Source of the DNA: an uncultured bacterium
GTDB lineage: Bacteria; Hydrogenedentota; Hydrogenedentia; Hydrogenedentales; SLHB01
Reading direction: 5' to 3'
DNA length: 55,881 nt
Assembly: GCA_937928585.1 (NCBI GenBank)
Contig: CALEZK010000602.1
Coordinates: forward strand, 1 to 55,881
This document shows positions 7,483 through 15,739 of the stretch, piece by piece. The notes below the pieces were generated by a model, which saw only the letters and a program-made list of their open reading frames with translations, searched no databases and was not told where the DNA came from. How positions within the stretch are numbered: the first letter of the stretch is position 1; each line of letters opens with the position of its first letter. Position numbers and translations under genes: made by a program.

Positions 7483-8389
7483 GAGCCTCTAACAAAAGTT
7501 TTGCAAGAAGTTAAAGCATATACAGACACAACCGAGGGCTAGGAACGCCTTGTGTATATCGACGCGACGTTCGTATCGCACGCGGAGTCTACAGAATTGG
7601 TGAAGTCAGCTAATCGTGCGCTCCACGACCCATCGGACGGTTCCAAGGCCTGTGCCGTGCTTGGTGTTGCGATGGGCGATTAACGCGCCGATCCCTCGTT
7701 CGCTCAGTTTGGTTTCATGAGGCGCCGAGTGGTAGGCACGATCCGCAAAGAGATAGCCCGGCCGCTGTTTGGGTCGCCCTCGCTTGCCTCGCACGGGTGG
7801 AATGGCGTCAACGAGCGGGATAAGTTGAGTTACGTCGTGGCGGTTTGCGCCGGTTACGGTGAAGGCAAGCGGAATGCCCTGCCCGTCGGTGACGATATGA
7901 TGTTTGGTGCCGAGTTTGCGGCGGTCCGTCGGATTCGGGCCCGTTTGCTGCCCCCAAAAACCGCGCGGACGCTCGAGGAGTCGACTACGACTCGGGACCA
8001 ATCGAGTTGGTCCGACTTGTGGAGTTCTGCCAGCATCGTTTCGTATACGCGCTGCCACACGCCCAACTCCTGCCACTTGGCCAAACGGCGCCAGCAGGTC
8101 ATTCCAGACCCGCATCCCATTTCTTGCGGAAGGTATTCCCACGGAATTCCCGTGCGCAAGACAAACAGAATTCCTGTAAGCGCACCGCGATTGGGTACGG
8201 CAGGCCGGCCATTGCTCTTGGGCTCTTTGTCCGGCGGCAAAAGGGGTTCGATGAGCGTCCACAGTTCTTCGGGCAGTATCTCGCGAGCCATATGCTCCTC
8301 CATGCAGCCCGTTGCCGTTAATCCGGACACCCTTGCGCAAAATATATATCGGAACTGTTTTCATTAACTTTAGCTTTTGTTAGAGGCTC
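7483..8389 (-). mobile_element. IS5-family (IS427/IS1031-like) insertion sequence, 907 bp
   Basis: It has perfect 16-bp terminal inverted repeats (GAGCCTCTAACAAAAG at 7483-7498, complement at 8374-8389). TTA flanks both ends (7480-7482 and 8390-8392). It encodes a two-frame DDE transposase. Confidence 0.8.
7489..8291 (-). pseudogene. IS5-family transposase (orfA/orfB joined by a -1 frameshift) carrying an in-frame TGA
   Basis: orfA reads MAREILPEELWTLIEPLLPP...SVRAVFGG. It continues in the -1 frame as QQTGPNPTDRRKLGTKHH..., with the shift at a T5G5 run (plus strand CCCCCAAAAA, 7951-7960). TGA at 7606-7608 replaces the conserved Trp of ERT(F/I)(A/S)WL. The frame then continues as LHQFCRLRVRYERRVDIHKAFLALGC... 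to TAG 7489-7491, inside the IR. Confidence 0.75.
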
Positions 8390-8529
8390 TTAGAGTTTTT
8401 CGCCACTGCATTAAGCCTGCAAAACTGCGCTCAAACTGTTTTGCAATGTCTTGTTTCTTCTAGACGAAGATTTCAATGCGGTAAGAAAGCAAACTTGTGA
8501 AATCTCGTCGTTGTCAATCAATTTGTTCA

Positions 8530-10155
8530 TTATCTTTGAGCTGATTGTTGCCTAGTTAAAATGCGCTTCGCATTATTCCAAAAACCAACTCTTTTGCCTG
8601 TAATTGTGTGAACAATTATACGGCCATTATACTGATCCGTGACATGCAGAGCGAAGTCGGCGGTTGAAGGCTCAACAGGAACGTTGAGGCGCCCAATCTT
8701 GTCCTGGCTTGGCAACGTGAATTCGGCCACTGGAACACCATGCTCTGCAATCACGGGGTTAGGGGTCCATATTGGAATACAAACACTGCCAATCTGTGCT
8801 TCAATTCCAATTGGGGCAAGTCTATTAACAAAAGCGCGTGTTTCAGGATTTGTCTGTAGCCCTCCCATTAAGACCATCAAATTACTATCGCCGAGATCAT
8901 TTATGCTGGTTATATTTCCAGAAGACTCCCAGTCCTTTGAGTTTAGACGTATGCCTGCAACTACAAGTATTAAATCTTTTTTGTCAACGTCGTAGCGCAA
9001 TGAAACATAATCTGGGCGCGTGGCTTGTCCAGATAGATCGATAGGCAGGCCGTTTATTTGAAGTACGCCTGCGTCCGTGACCTGATCTATCCAATATAGG
9101 AGTGGGCTCTTGGTAAGGAGTACATTGAACTCCAAGTCGCTCAGGTAACCATAAAGACTAGCTTGTGCTGAATCGAGCGGGGGCGCCTGGCTAAAGTTCC
9201 AGCCGACCCAAAGTAGCTGTTCTCCGTCAGTCGCTGCCTCTTGCCCAAATCTGTTTACACTTACCATGCCAATGTCGTCGATACTAGCGTCCTTCGCAAA
9301 GTCCTTAAACCAACTGGCTAAAGTATCGAATTGACCATCACTATTGTTGCATCGAAATGCGATGCGAAGAGAAATATCGTCGAAAGCAGTAATAACCCTT
9401 TCTAGCGACGTGAGTGTTTTACCGGCTAATTGAGCTTGTATATTCGTATTCTCCAGCACTAAAACTGTTCGCTTAGATTCTGCATCTAATGAATTCAGCA
9501 GTTTCTCCGCTCGTTCTTGATTCGACCTTGCCTCATTTTGCATCAGCGCCGTCTGTTTTTGCGCTGCCTCTAGCAATTCAAGTGTATTAGTAGTATTGGA
9601 ATCAATTCCTGTGAGTAACTGCTCGGCATGCATTTGATTCCGCATAGACTCTTCGCGCAATTGTTCGCCCTGCAAGCTGAGTTGACCTACAATGTTATTC
9701 AAGCCCGTAGTTTGCTCGTCCAGCCTGCCGACGACCACAGCAGTTTGTTGAGATTGGGCCCTTAAGTTTTCCAACAAACGAGTATTGTATGCCTGCTGCT
9801 GCAATGAATCCGAACGCTTCTTTAATTCCTCCGCGATTAGAGCACCAACCGTTATGGTAAGGCCCGCTAATGTCAGAACTAAGACTGTTTTTCCCCATCT
9901 ATTCAGCTTCGGTTTTTCTCCTTCGCTTCTCGCATCCCTAGTTTCAAATAGGATGCCAAGAATTCCCAAACCTCCACTGACGGAGACGCCTGCAAATTTT
10001 AAGATCGTTAGGATTAGATCTAATGAGATCATAGCTCTTCTGCTCCAAAGGCTGTAGTCGAGTACAGTGCTCGCACAATTCACTAGTAATTCTAGTGCTA
10101 GCCAGAATTGAATGGCAAGTACTTCACCACTTGCACGATTCACTGAGATCGACAC
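8530..10155 (-). CDS. hypothetical membrane protein with a long coiled coil and a beta-rich C-terminal domain (orphan)
   Basis: 541-aa ORF with a GTG start at 10155. An alternative ATG at 10032 has GGAG upstream. It has N-terminal hydrophobic segments and a Q/L/E-rich heptad-like region of about 170 aa. I recognise no family. GC is low. Confidence 0.55.
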   Translation of the reverse strand: MSISVNRASGEVLAIQFWLALELLVNCASTVLDYSLWSRRAMISLDLILTILKFAGVSVSGGLGILGILFETRDARSEGEKPKLNRWGKTVLVLTLAGLTITVGALIAEELKKRSDSLQQQAYNTRLLENLRAQSQQTAVVVGRLDEQTTGLNNIVGQLSLQGEQLREESMRNQMHAEQLLTGIDSNTTNTLELLEAAQKQTALMQNEARSNQERAEKLLNSLDAESKRTVLVLENTNIQAQLAGKTLTSLERVITAFDDISLRIAFRCNNSDGQFDTLASWFKDFAKDASIDDIGMVSVNRFGQEAATDGEQLLWVGWNFSQAPPLDSAQASLYGYLSDLEFNVLLTKSPLLYWIDQVTDAGVLQINGLPIDLSGQATRPDYVSLRYDVDKKDLILVVAGIRLNSKDWESSGNITSINDLGDSNLMVLMGGLQTNPETRAFVNRLAPIGIEAQIGSVCIPIWTPNPVIAEHGVPVAEFTLPSQDKIGRLNVPVEPSTADFALHVTDQYNGRIIVHTITGKRVGFWNNAKRILTRQQSAQR

Positions 10156-10158
10156 TGC

Positions 10159-10806
10159 TTAGTGTCCTCGTCTTGCGAGGACGAGCCATAGAAGATTTGC
10201 CTTTTCGTTACCGCGTTCGGGCTTAGGTTTTCGTTGCGCTCTTGAGAAGCTCTGCTTTGGTCCTCTGAGCCATAAGGGCAGTGGATCGATCTCCAGTACT
10301 GAATGATCTTCGAGAAAATAATTCCGCGCGGATAAGTATCGCCAATGCTCTGGCGCGTCTACCTATCCGCGGCCTACAGGGTTGTTGTGGATGTAGGCTA
10401 TCTTTTGGTCCAGCATTTCGTCGCTCTGGATGATTTGGGGGTGTGCGCCTTCCTGCCAGACTTGGTGATTGCTCTCGTCTTTGTAGCGTTTCTTTTGCAG
10501 CATGAATTGGATCAGCAAATCAACGCGACCTGTGGATCTTGTCAGGGCGATGATCTCTCTCGCGGTGTAGCTTTTGAATTCTTGAATTACTCGGCTTAGG
10601 TCTGGGGCGCTGGCGACGAGGTGCAGGTGGTTTTCCATGATCACGTAGGCGTAGAGGCGCATGTTTTTGTTGGCGCGGCAGTAGCTGAGCGAGCGGGTGA
10701 TGATGTCGAAGTAAGGGCGTGATTGGAAGACGGGGATCCAATCGACGATGGTGCAGGTTAGGAAGTAGAGGGCGTCTGGTTCTACGTATTTGTAGCGGGA
10801 GCGCAT
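10159..10806 (-). pseudogene. REP-associated tyrosine transposase (RAYT, IS200/IS605-like Y1) with one in-frame TAG
   Basis: The HUH motif (MENHLHLV) and the Tyr region (KIAYIHNNPVGRG) are present. TAG at 10363-10365 sits where relatives have Tyr (NPVRRGYV). The same frame continues as VDAPEHWRYLSARNY... to TAA at 10159. Confidence 0.7.
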
Positions 10807-10846
10807 GGGGGGAGTATAAGACCAAAGCGGAGCTTTTCAAGAGTGC

Positions 10847-10870
10847 GTTCCCAAGCGGGAGCTTGGGAAC
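10847..10870. repeat. perfect 10-bp stem, 4-nt loop palindrome next to the RAYT start (REP candidate)
   Basis: GTTCCCAAGC-GGGA-GCTTGGGAAC lies 41 nt upstream of the RAYT start codon. Confidence 0.45.
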
Positions 10871-10961
10871 GAGGGGGGAGAAAACGAGATAAGGCCGGGG
10901 CGTGGACGCCCTGTACGGAAGCCGGAGCGTTTCAATTCGAAGAATCGAGTACGATTACGCG

Positions 10962-10987
10962 CACGAGCACGAAGGCTGGACACGAAG
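10962..10987. repeat. CACGAAG-type short repeat cluster (half element)
   Basis: CACGAG-CACGAAG-GCTGGA-CACGAAG lies between the RAYT and the topA stop. The same heptamer builds the hairpin at 55299-55372. Confidence 0.4.
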
Positions 10988-11004
10988 ACTTTGTGGGGTT
11001 GCGG

Positions 11005-13410
11005 TTAGACCTCGGCTTCGGCTTCTACTATTTGTTCTTCGAAGCTGCATTTTTCGAGGGGGCATTTTCTTACGGTGGGTTTGTTTTTGCCTTTGGTGAT
11101 TACGGTCCAGGGGTTGCCGCATTTTACGCAGGGGGTTGCTTTGTCGACTTGGCCGAAGAGGGTGAAGTCGCATTCGGGGTAGCGGTCGCACCCGTAGAAG
11201 CGGCGGCCTCGGGCGAGTTTGCTGACGAGGTCACCGGTGTTGCATTGCGGGCATTTGATGCCGAGTTCCATGGGCTTTGTGAATTTGCACTTCGGGTATT
11301 TTTCGCAGCCGTAGAACTCTTCGCCGCGCCGGCTTTTGCGGATCAAAAGGAAATTGCCGCAGGTCGGGCATTTTTGATCGGTCTTCTTGGGCGGTTCTTT
11401 CGGGCCGGTGTCGACTTTGTTTCCTTCCTTATCCACCTTGTGCGTGTTTTTGCATGCGGGATAGGTGGAGCAGGCGAGGAATTTTCCGAAGCGTCCGACG
11501 CGAAGGACCATCGGCGCGCCGCAGAGATCGCAGACGACGTCGGTGGGTTCGGCGCTGGCTTTTTTCTTGACGCTGATGCGGCCGTCGCACTCTTTGTCTT
11601 TGCAGGCGAGGTAGAGGCCGAAGAAGCCCTGGCGCAGTTCCATGCCTTTTGAACATTTCGGGCAGGTCGGTTCGTCGCCGACGAGTTCGGTGATCATTTT
11701 CTTCTGCGCAACGGACAATACTTTTTCGAACTCGGTATAGAACATGCGAATGAGGTCGTGCCATTCGCGCGTGCCTTCTTCGACGTGGTCGAGGTCGGAC
11801 TCGAGCTGCGCGGTGAAACCGAGATCGAGAATTTCGGGGAAATTCGCGACGAGGAGATCGTTGACCTGATCGCCGAGTTCTGTCGGTTTCAGGCGTCCCT
11901 TTTCGCGCTCGACGTAGCCACGTTCGGTGATCGTGTTGATCGTGGGCGCGTAGGTGCTGGGGCGTCCGATGCCGTTTTCTTCCAGCGCGCGGATGAGGCT
12001 CGCTTCGGAATAGCGCGGTGGCGGTTTGGTGAAATGCTGTTCCGGTTTGAGTTCACGCTCGGTGCATTGTTCGCCTGCGTTCACCTTCGGCAACAGCCCG
12101 GCCACTTCCTCTTCGCTGTCTTTGCCGGTCTGTTTATCTTCGACCGTTTCTTCGTAGAGGATGGTGAAACCCTGGAACTTCATTACCGAACCCGACGCGC
12201 GGAACTCGCAATCCGCCGCGCTGATATCGATGATCGTCTGATCGAGAATCGCGGGCGACATCTGGCTCGCAACGAATCGCCGCCAGATGAGGGTGTACAA
12301 CTTGAGCTGGTCGTCGTCGAGATACTTCGCGACTTTTTCCGGCGTGCGCGACGGCACAGTCGGGCGAATGCCTTCGTGCGCGTCCTGCGCACCCTTTTTG
12401 CTGTTGTAGAAGTTCGGCTTCTCGGGCAGCATCTCGGGCACATGGTTCTCGCGGATGAAGGCGCGCACTTCGTCCAGCGCTTCGTTCGCGATGCGCGTGG
12501 AGTCGGTTCTCATGTAGGTGATGAGACCGTCGGTACCTTCCTCGCCCAGCGCGATACCTTCGTACAACTGCTGCGCGAGAATCATCGTCTTGCGCGGGGA
12601 GAAGCCGAGCTTTCGCGACGCTTCCTGTTGCAACGAACTCGTGATGAACGGTGGATAGGGCCGGCGGCGGACTTCTTTTGTCTCGATGTTTTTGACGGCA
12701 TACTTGGCGCCGTCGAGCCGCTTGAGGATGCTCTGCATCGTCGCTTCGTTGCCGATGACCGCTTTTTCGCCGGCGACGCGGGCAAGGCGCGCGGTAAAGG
12801 TATCGCCGCGAACGGTTTCGAGAAGCGCCTCAAGGGTCCAATATTCTTCGGGGATGAACGCGCGGATTTCCGCTTCGCGCTCACAGACCATGCGCACGGC
12901 CACAGACTGGACGCGCCCGGCGCTCAGGCCCTTCTTCACCGCCCATTGCAGGAACGGGCTAATCTTGTAGCCGACCAACCGGTCGAGGATACGCCGCGCC
13001 TGCTGCGCGTTTACGACGTTGATGTCGATCTCGCGCGGGTGCTTGGTCGCTTCGCGCACGCTGCGCTTCGTAATTTCGTTGAAAACAATACGCTGAATCG
13101 GCTTCTTGAGCTTTTCCAGGAGGGCGGCCACGTGCCACCCGATGGCCTCCCCTTCGCGGTCCGGGTCGGAGGCCAGCAGAATGGAATCCACCCCTTTCGC
13201 GGCCTCTTGCAGGGCCTTGACCGCCTTGGCGGAGTCCTTCAGGGTGACGTATTTGGGCTGGAAATTGTTCTCGACGTCCACGCCGAGATCGCTCTTCGGC
13301 AGGTCGCGGACATGGCCATAGCTGGCCCGGACGACATAGTTCGGCCCAAGAAATTTATTGATCGTCTTCGCTTTCGCAGGCGACTCGACGACGACCAGGT
13401 ACTTGCTCAT
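11005..13410 (-). CDS. topA: DNA topoisomerase I
   Basis: The N-terminal TOPRIM reads MSKYLVVVESPAKAKTINKFLG. It also has DPDREGEAI, the active-site region YMRTDS, and several C-terminal CxxC...CxxC zinc ribbons. Confidence 0.95.
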   Translation of the reverse strand: MSKYLVVVESPAKAKTINKFLGPNYVVRASYGHVRDLPKSDLGVDVENNFQPKYVTLKDSAKAVKALQEAAKGVDSILLASDPDREGEAIGWHVAALLEKLKKPIQRIVFNEITKRSVREATKHPREIDINVVNAQQARRILDRLVGYKISPFLQWAVKKGLSAGRVQSVAVRMVCEREAEIRAFIPEEYWTLEALLETVRGDTFTARLARVAGEKAVIGNEATMQSILKRLDGAKYAVKNIETKEVRRRPYPPFITSSLQQEASRKLGFSPRKTMILAQQLYEGIALGEEGTDGLITYMRTDSTRIANEALDEVRAFIRENHVPEMLPEKPNFYNSKKGAQDAHEGIRPTVPSRTPEKVAKYLDDDQLKLYTLIWRRFVASQMSPAILDQTIIDISAADCEFRASGSVMKFQGFTILYEETVEDKQTGKDSEEEVAGLLPKVNAGEQCTERELKPEQHFTKPPPRYSEASLIRALEENGIGRPSTYAPTINTITERGYVEREKGRLKPTELGDQVNDLLVANFPEILDLGFTAQLESDLDHVEEGTREWHDLIRMFYTEFEKVLSVAQKKMITELVGDEPTCPKCSKGMELRQGFFGLYLACKDKECDGRISVKKKASAEPTDVVCDLCGAPMVLRVGRFGKFLACSTYPACKNTHKVDKEGNKVDTGPKEPPKKTDQKCPTCGNFLLIRKSRRGEEFYGCEKYPKCKFTKPMELGIKCPQCNTGDLVSKLARGRRFYGCDRYPECDFTLFGQVDKATPCVKCGNPWTVITKGKNKPTVRKCPLEKCSFEEQIVEAEAEV

Positions 13411-13741
13411 GGATGACCTTACTCCTTGCCCCGCCCGGTAGGCTCCCGGTACTCAACGCGCAGACGGCAGCGGGCGCAGACTATACCGCAGTCAGGCTGG
13501 TCGGGCAAGCCGGACGGCCATTTTTTTACATTTCGGGACGCATTTGAACGCAAAAACGCGTCAAAAGTACGCAAAAGAACCTAACTCCGCAAGCATTTGC
13601 AAAGATTCCGCAGCGGCACATTTTATCATAAGTACTTATATTACAGATACTTACGTGTTGGCCACACCGGCGAGGGGCCATATTTCGCGAAACGAAGGGT
13701 AGTTTTCGGGTCAGGATCGGGCTGTTGCGGGGTAACGATCG

Positions 13742-14200
13742 TTAGTGGAAGACGCCGCCTTCGCCGTCCATGACGCCAAAGATGGTCTGTTGCGATTCGA
13801 AATCTCGGTTACCGCAGACCACCCAGGAAATGAGGTAATCGAGCTCGTCCAACCCAATTTCGCTGTCGAAATGGTTAAGGCGATCAAGGATGGCCTCGCG
13901 CTCGATCGGGTCAAGCAAGCCGTAGAACTCAAGACGTGCCAAAGCATTACGCGCTTCCGGCGTAAGTTTGTACTCCTCAAACAGGGACAGCGATCGCGCC
14001 ACCCAAGGGCGGTTTTCCTCGCGGACGGATGGCTGCACGAATCGCGGCGCGATCAACTTCATCGCGGCGTCGATATCGCGCTTGTTGTAGCCTTGGCGGG
14101 TGAGCCAAGTGCGCAATCCAGTCTCGGTAGGGACCCCGTCCGGGTATTCTTCAATTCGCCTGAGGATGACGTCGACGAGCTTCGTAATCGACGCTTTCAT
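13742..14200 (-). CDS. smg: Smg (DUF494) family protein
   Basis: It lies directly upstream of topA, the usual smg position. The sequence (LTRQGYNKRDIDAAMKLI..., LEFYGLLDPIEREAILDRL) fits DUF494. The start is uncertain: ATG 14200 is preferred, 14224 is possible, and the listed 14305 is unlikely. Confidence 0.65.
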   Translation of the reverse strand: MKASITKLVDVILRRIEEYPDGVPTETGLRTWLTRQGYNKRDIDAAMKLIAPRFVQPSVREENRPWVARSLSLFEEYKLTPEARNALARLEFYGLLDPIEREAILDRLNHFDSEIGLDELDYLISWVVCGNRDFESQQTIFGVMDGEGGVFH

Positions 14201-14439
14201 GCAGTTGGGCTCCACGGGGTTCATGTTCGGGGCACGCGCGTGCCCTTGCAGGTATTGTAGGGTCGGGGTGGCGCGGGTGTCAACCGTTCCAGCCCGTATG
14301 CGCACTCATTTCAAGCACGGTGGCTTGTCAACCGATCCGTAACAGGGGCGTTGAAGGTTTGTACCATAGGCGGAGCGGGTCTGTTATTAGACTGCGCAAA
14401 TCGTCCTTGGTTTTCGCGGCATGGCCGGCAGCTTAACGG

Positions 14440-14468
14440 TTGACCACCCATCACCCAGTTGGTATACT
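14440..14468 (+). promoter_or_regulatory. near-consensus sigma-70 promoter TTGACC-N17-TATACT
   Basis: TTGACC at 14440-14445, an exact 17-nt spacer, then TATACT at 14463-14468. It is about 80 nt upstream of the first small peptide ORF. Confidence 0.5.
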
Positions 14469-14549
14469 TCGGGTTACGCGGTGGCAGCATGAACGCGCGC
14501 AGTGCTCTCCAGTGGGGGAATCGCTTGACGCGCTCGGGAGAAATCTACA

Positions 14550-14747
14550 GTGAAGCACCTTCGCACGATCTCGCGCACGCCCCAGCTTGCCGAGGACAGC
14601 TCGACAGACCTTTCGTTCATTCTTTCCGTCTTGAGCCTGATGCTGGGACTGTTTTCGACTTTCCTGGGGTCGTTCACGACGGCGTTTTCCGGTGTGCTTG
14701 AGGCCATCGGCGCTTACAACGAAGTGAAGAATCCGTCCGGTACATAG
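14550..14747 (+). CDS. small peptide P1 (65 aa), hydrophobic Gly/Ser/Thr-rich; candidate precursor peptide or small membrane protein
   Basis: GTG start with GGGAG 9 nt upstream. Translation is MKHLRTISRTPQLAEDSSTDL-SFILSVLSLMLGLFSTFLGSFTTAFSGVLEAIGAYNEVKNPSGT. The N-terminus is paralogous to P2. Confidence 0.5.
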   Translation: MKHLRTISRTPQLAEDSSTDLSFILSVLSLMLGLFSTFLGSFTTAFSGVLEAIGAYNEVKNPSGT

Positions 14748-14819
14748 TAGACAATTGCTGAGGGCATCCGTCGGGGTGCCCGCCAAGAATAGAGTGGAAG
14801 CAACGCAGGAGATTGCGAA

Positions 14820-14969
14820 ATGAAGCATATCCGCCAGATTTCCGTGACGCGCGCCAAAAAGGCGGACGCGCTGGCCGACTTGTACAACACCATCTGGCAG
14901 GCCTGGCTCGACTTCGTGTATACGAAGAAGAACCAGATTTTCGTCGTTCCCGATACGAGCACGGACTAG
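14820..14969 (+). CDS. small peptide P2 (49 aa), Trp/Tyr-rich and amphipathic; candidate precursor peptide (below ORF-track cutoff)
   Basis: ATG 14820 with AGGAG 9 nt upstream. Translation is MKHIRQISVTRAKKADALADL-YNTIWQAWLDFVYTKKNQIFVVPDTSTD, ending at TAG 14967-14969. Confidence 0.5.
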   Translation: MKHIRQISVTRAKKADALADLYNTIWQAWLDFVYTKKNQIFVVPDTSTD

Positions 14970-15178
14970 CCCGCCCGTTTTCGAGCTTTCGGCGTCGGGG
15001 CTTTTGCTACATGCAACCGTCCCGGCGCTATTTTTTTGCCGGACTTTGCCGAGGGGGGGGACTTGCAGCGTGCATTCCGGATCGCCAGCGTTTACCATTA
15101 AGGGAACCTGTGCCGGGCAGGCCTATTCGTATTGATTGCGGGTGATTTGGCCAACCGGCCGCATGCAGCACAATCCAC

Positions 15179-15739
15179 ATGATTTCAGGAAAATACACCA
15201 TCATTCGTTCGGCTGAACCGGACGACGCGTACGCCATGTGGCGGCTCTATGATCCGAGCCGTCCGCGCTCGTTTTTGTTGGGGCCCTCGCGCGAGGTGAT
15301 GATTCCAACGCAGGACGAGATGCGCGAGATGCTGGCGCGGCGCGATGTAATTCAAGGTTCGTTTTTTGCGATCGAAGATCGCGCGGGCGAAGTGTTGGGG
15401 TGTTGCGTGCTGCGGGGCGCGAAAGCGGAATCGGATTTTGCGGAAGTGGTCGTCGCGCTAACGGACGAGAGCAGTTACGATTCGCCGGTCGCGGATGAAG
15501 TGTATGAGTTTCTCAAGAAGCTTGGGTTTGTCGACAAGAAACTAAACAAGCTTGTTGCGCACTGCCTGTGCAATGAAACGGGTTATCGCGCGTTTCTTGT
15601 GCGGCACGGTTTCACGAGCGATGGCATTCAGCGGGAAATGGTGTATACCAAGGGCCGTTACTTCGATCTCGAGTCGCTCTCATTGTTTAACAACGCGCGG
15701 ACAGGAGGGGGCAATGGATCTGCTGTTGCGGCGCCCTGA
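15179..15739 (+). CDS. GNAT-family N-acetyltransferase (1 of 3 in tandem)
   Basis: RimJ/RimL-like layout: YTIRSAEPDDAYAMWRLY, then a central beta-strand/helix region, then C-terminal GFTSDGIQREMVYTKGRYFDL. Confidence 0.7.
   Translation: MISGKYTIIRSAEPDDAYAMWRLYDPSRPRSFLLGPSREVMIPTQDEMREMLARRDVIQGSFFAIEDRAGEVLGCCVLRGAKAESDFAEVVVALTDESSYDSPVADEVYEFLKKLGFVDKKLNKLVAHCLCNETGYRAFLVRHGFTSDGIQREMVYTKGRYFDLESLSLFNNARTGGGNGSAVAAP

Noticed and set aside
7606-10365. Possible stop-codon reassignment, because TGA sits at conserved Trp positions (7606-7608 and again in the RAYT relic) and TAG sits at a conserved Tyr (10363-10365)
   Set aside because: TGA and TAG terminate many well-supported genes in the window at the expected lengths. 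Examples are GNAT-3, CPBP and the permease with TGA, and GNAT-2, the ABC ATPase and P2 with TAG. The in-frame stops occur only in mobile-element genes, so single nonsense mutations in decaying elements are the simpler explanation.
10843-13416. 269-aa and 552-aa ORFs antisense to topA
   Set aside because: These are shadow ORFs of a GC-rich gene. Their composition is biased toward Phe/Arg/Ala/Gly. The topA call on the other strand is unambiguous.
14451-15098. 215-aa minus-strand ORF spanning the P1/P2 region
   Set aside because: It has no SD, a junk-like composition and no family resemblance. The plus strand carries a consensus promoter and two SD-preceded paralogous small ORFs, which explain the region better.
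14970-15178. Possible attenuator or terminator between P2 and the first GNAT (GC-rich imperfect stem followed by CTTTT, and CCGGC...GCCGG around a T7 run)
   Set aside because: The stems are short or imperfect and I cannot compute their stability by hand. It is worth a folding calculation but is not callable as a feature.
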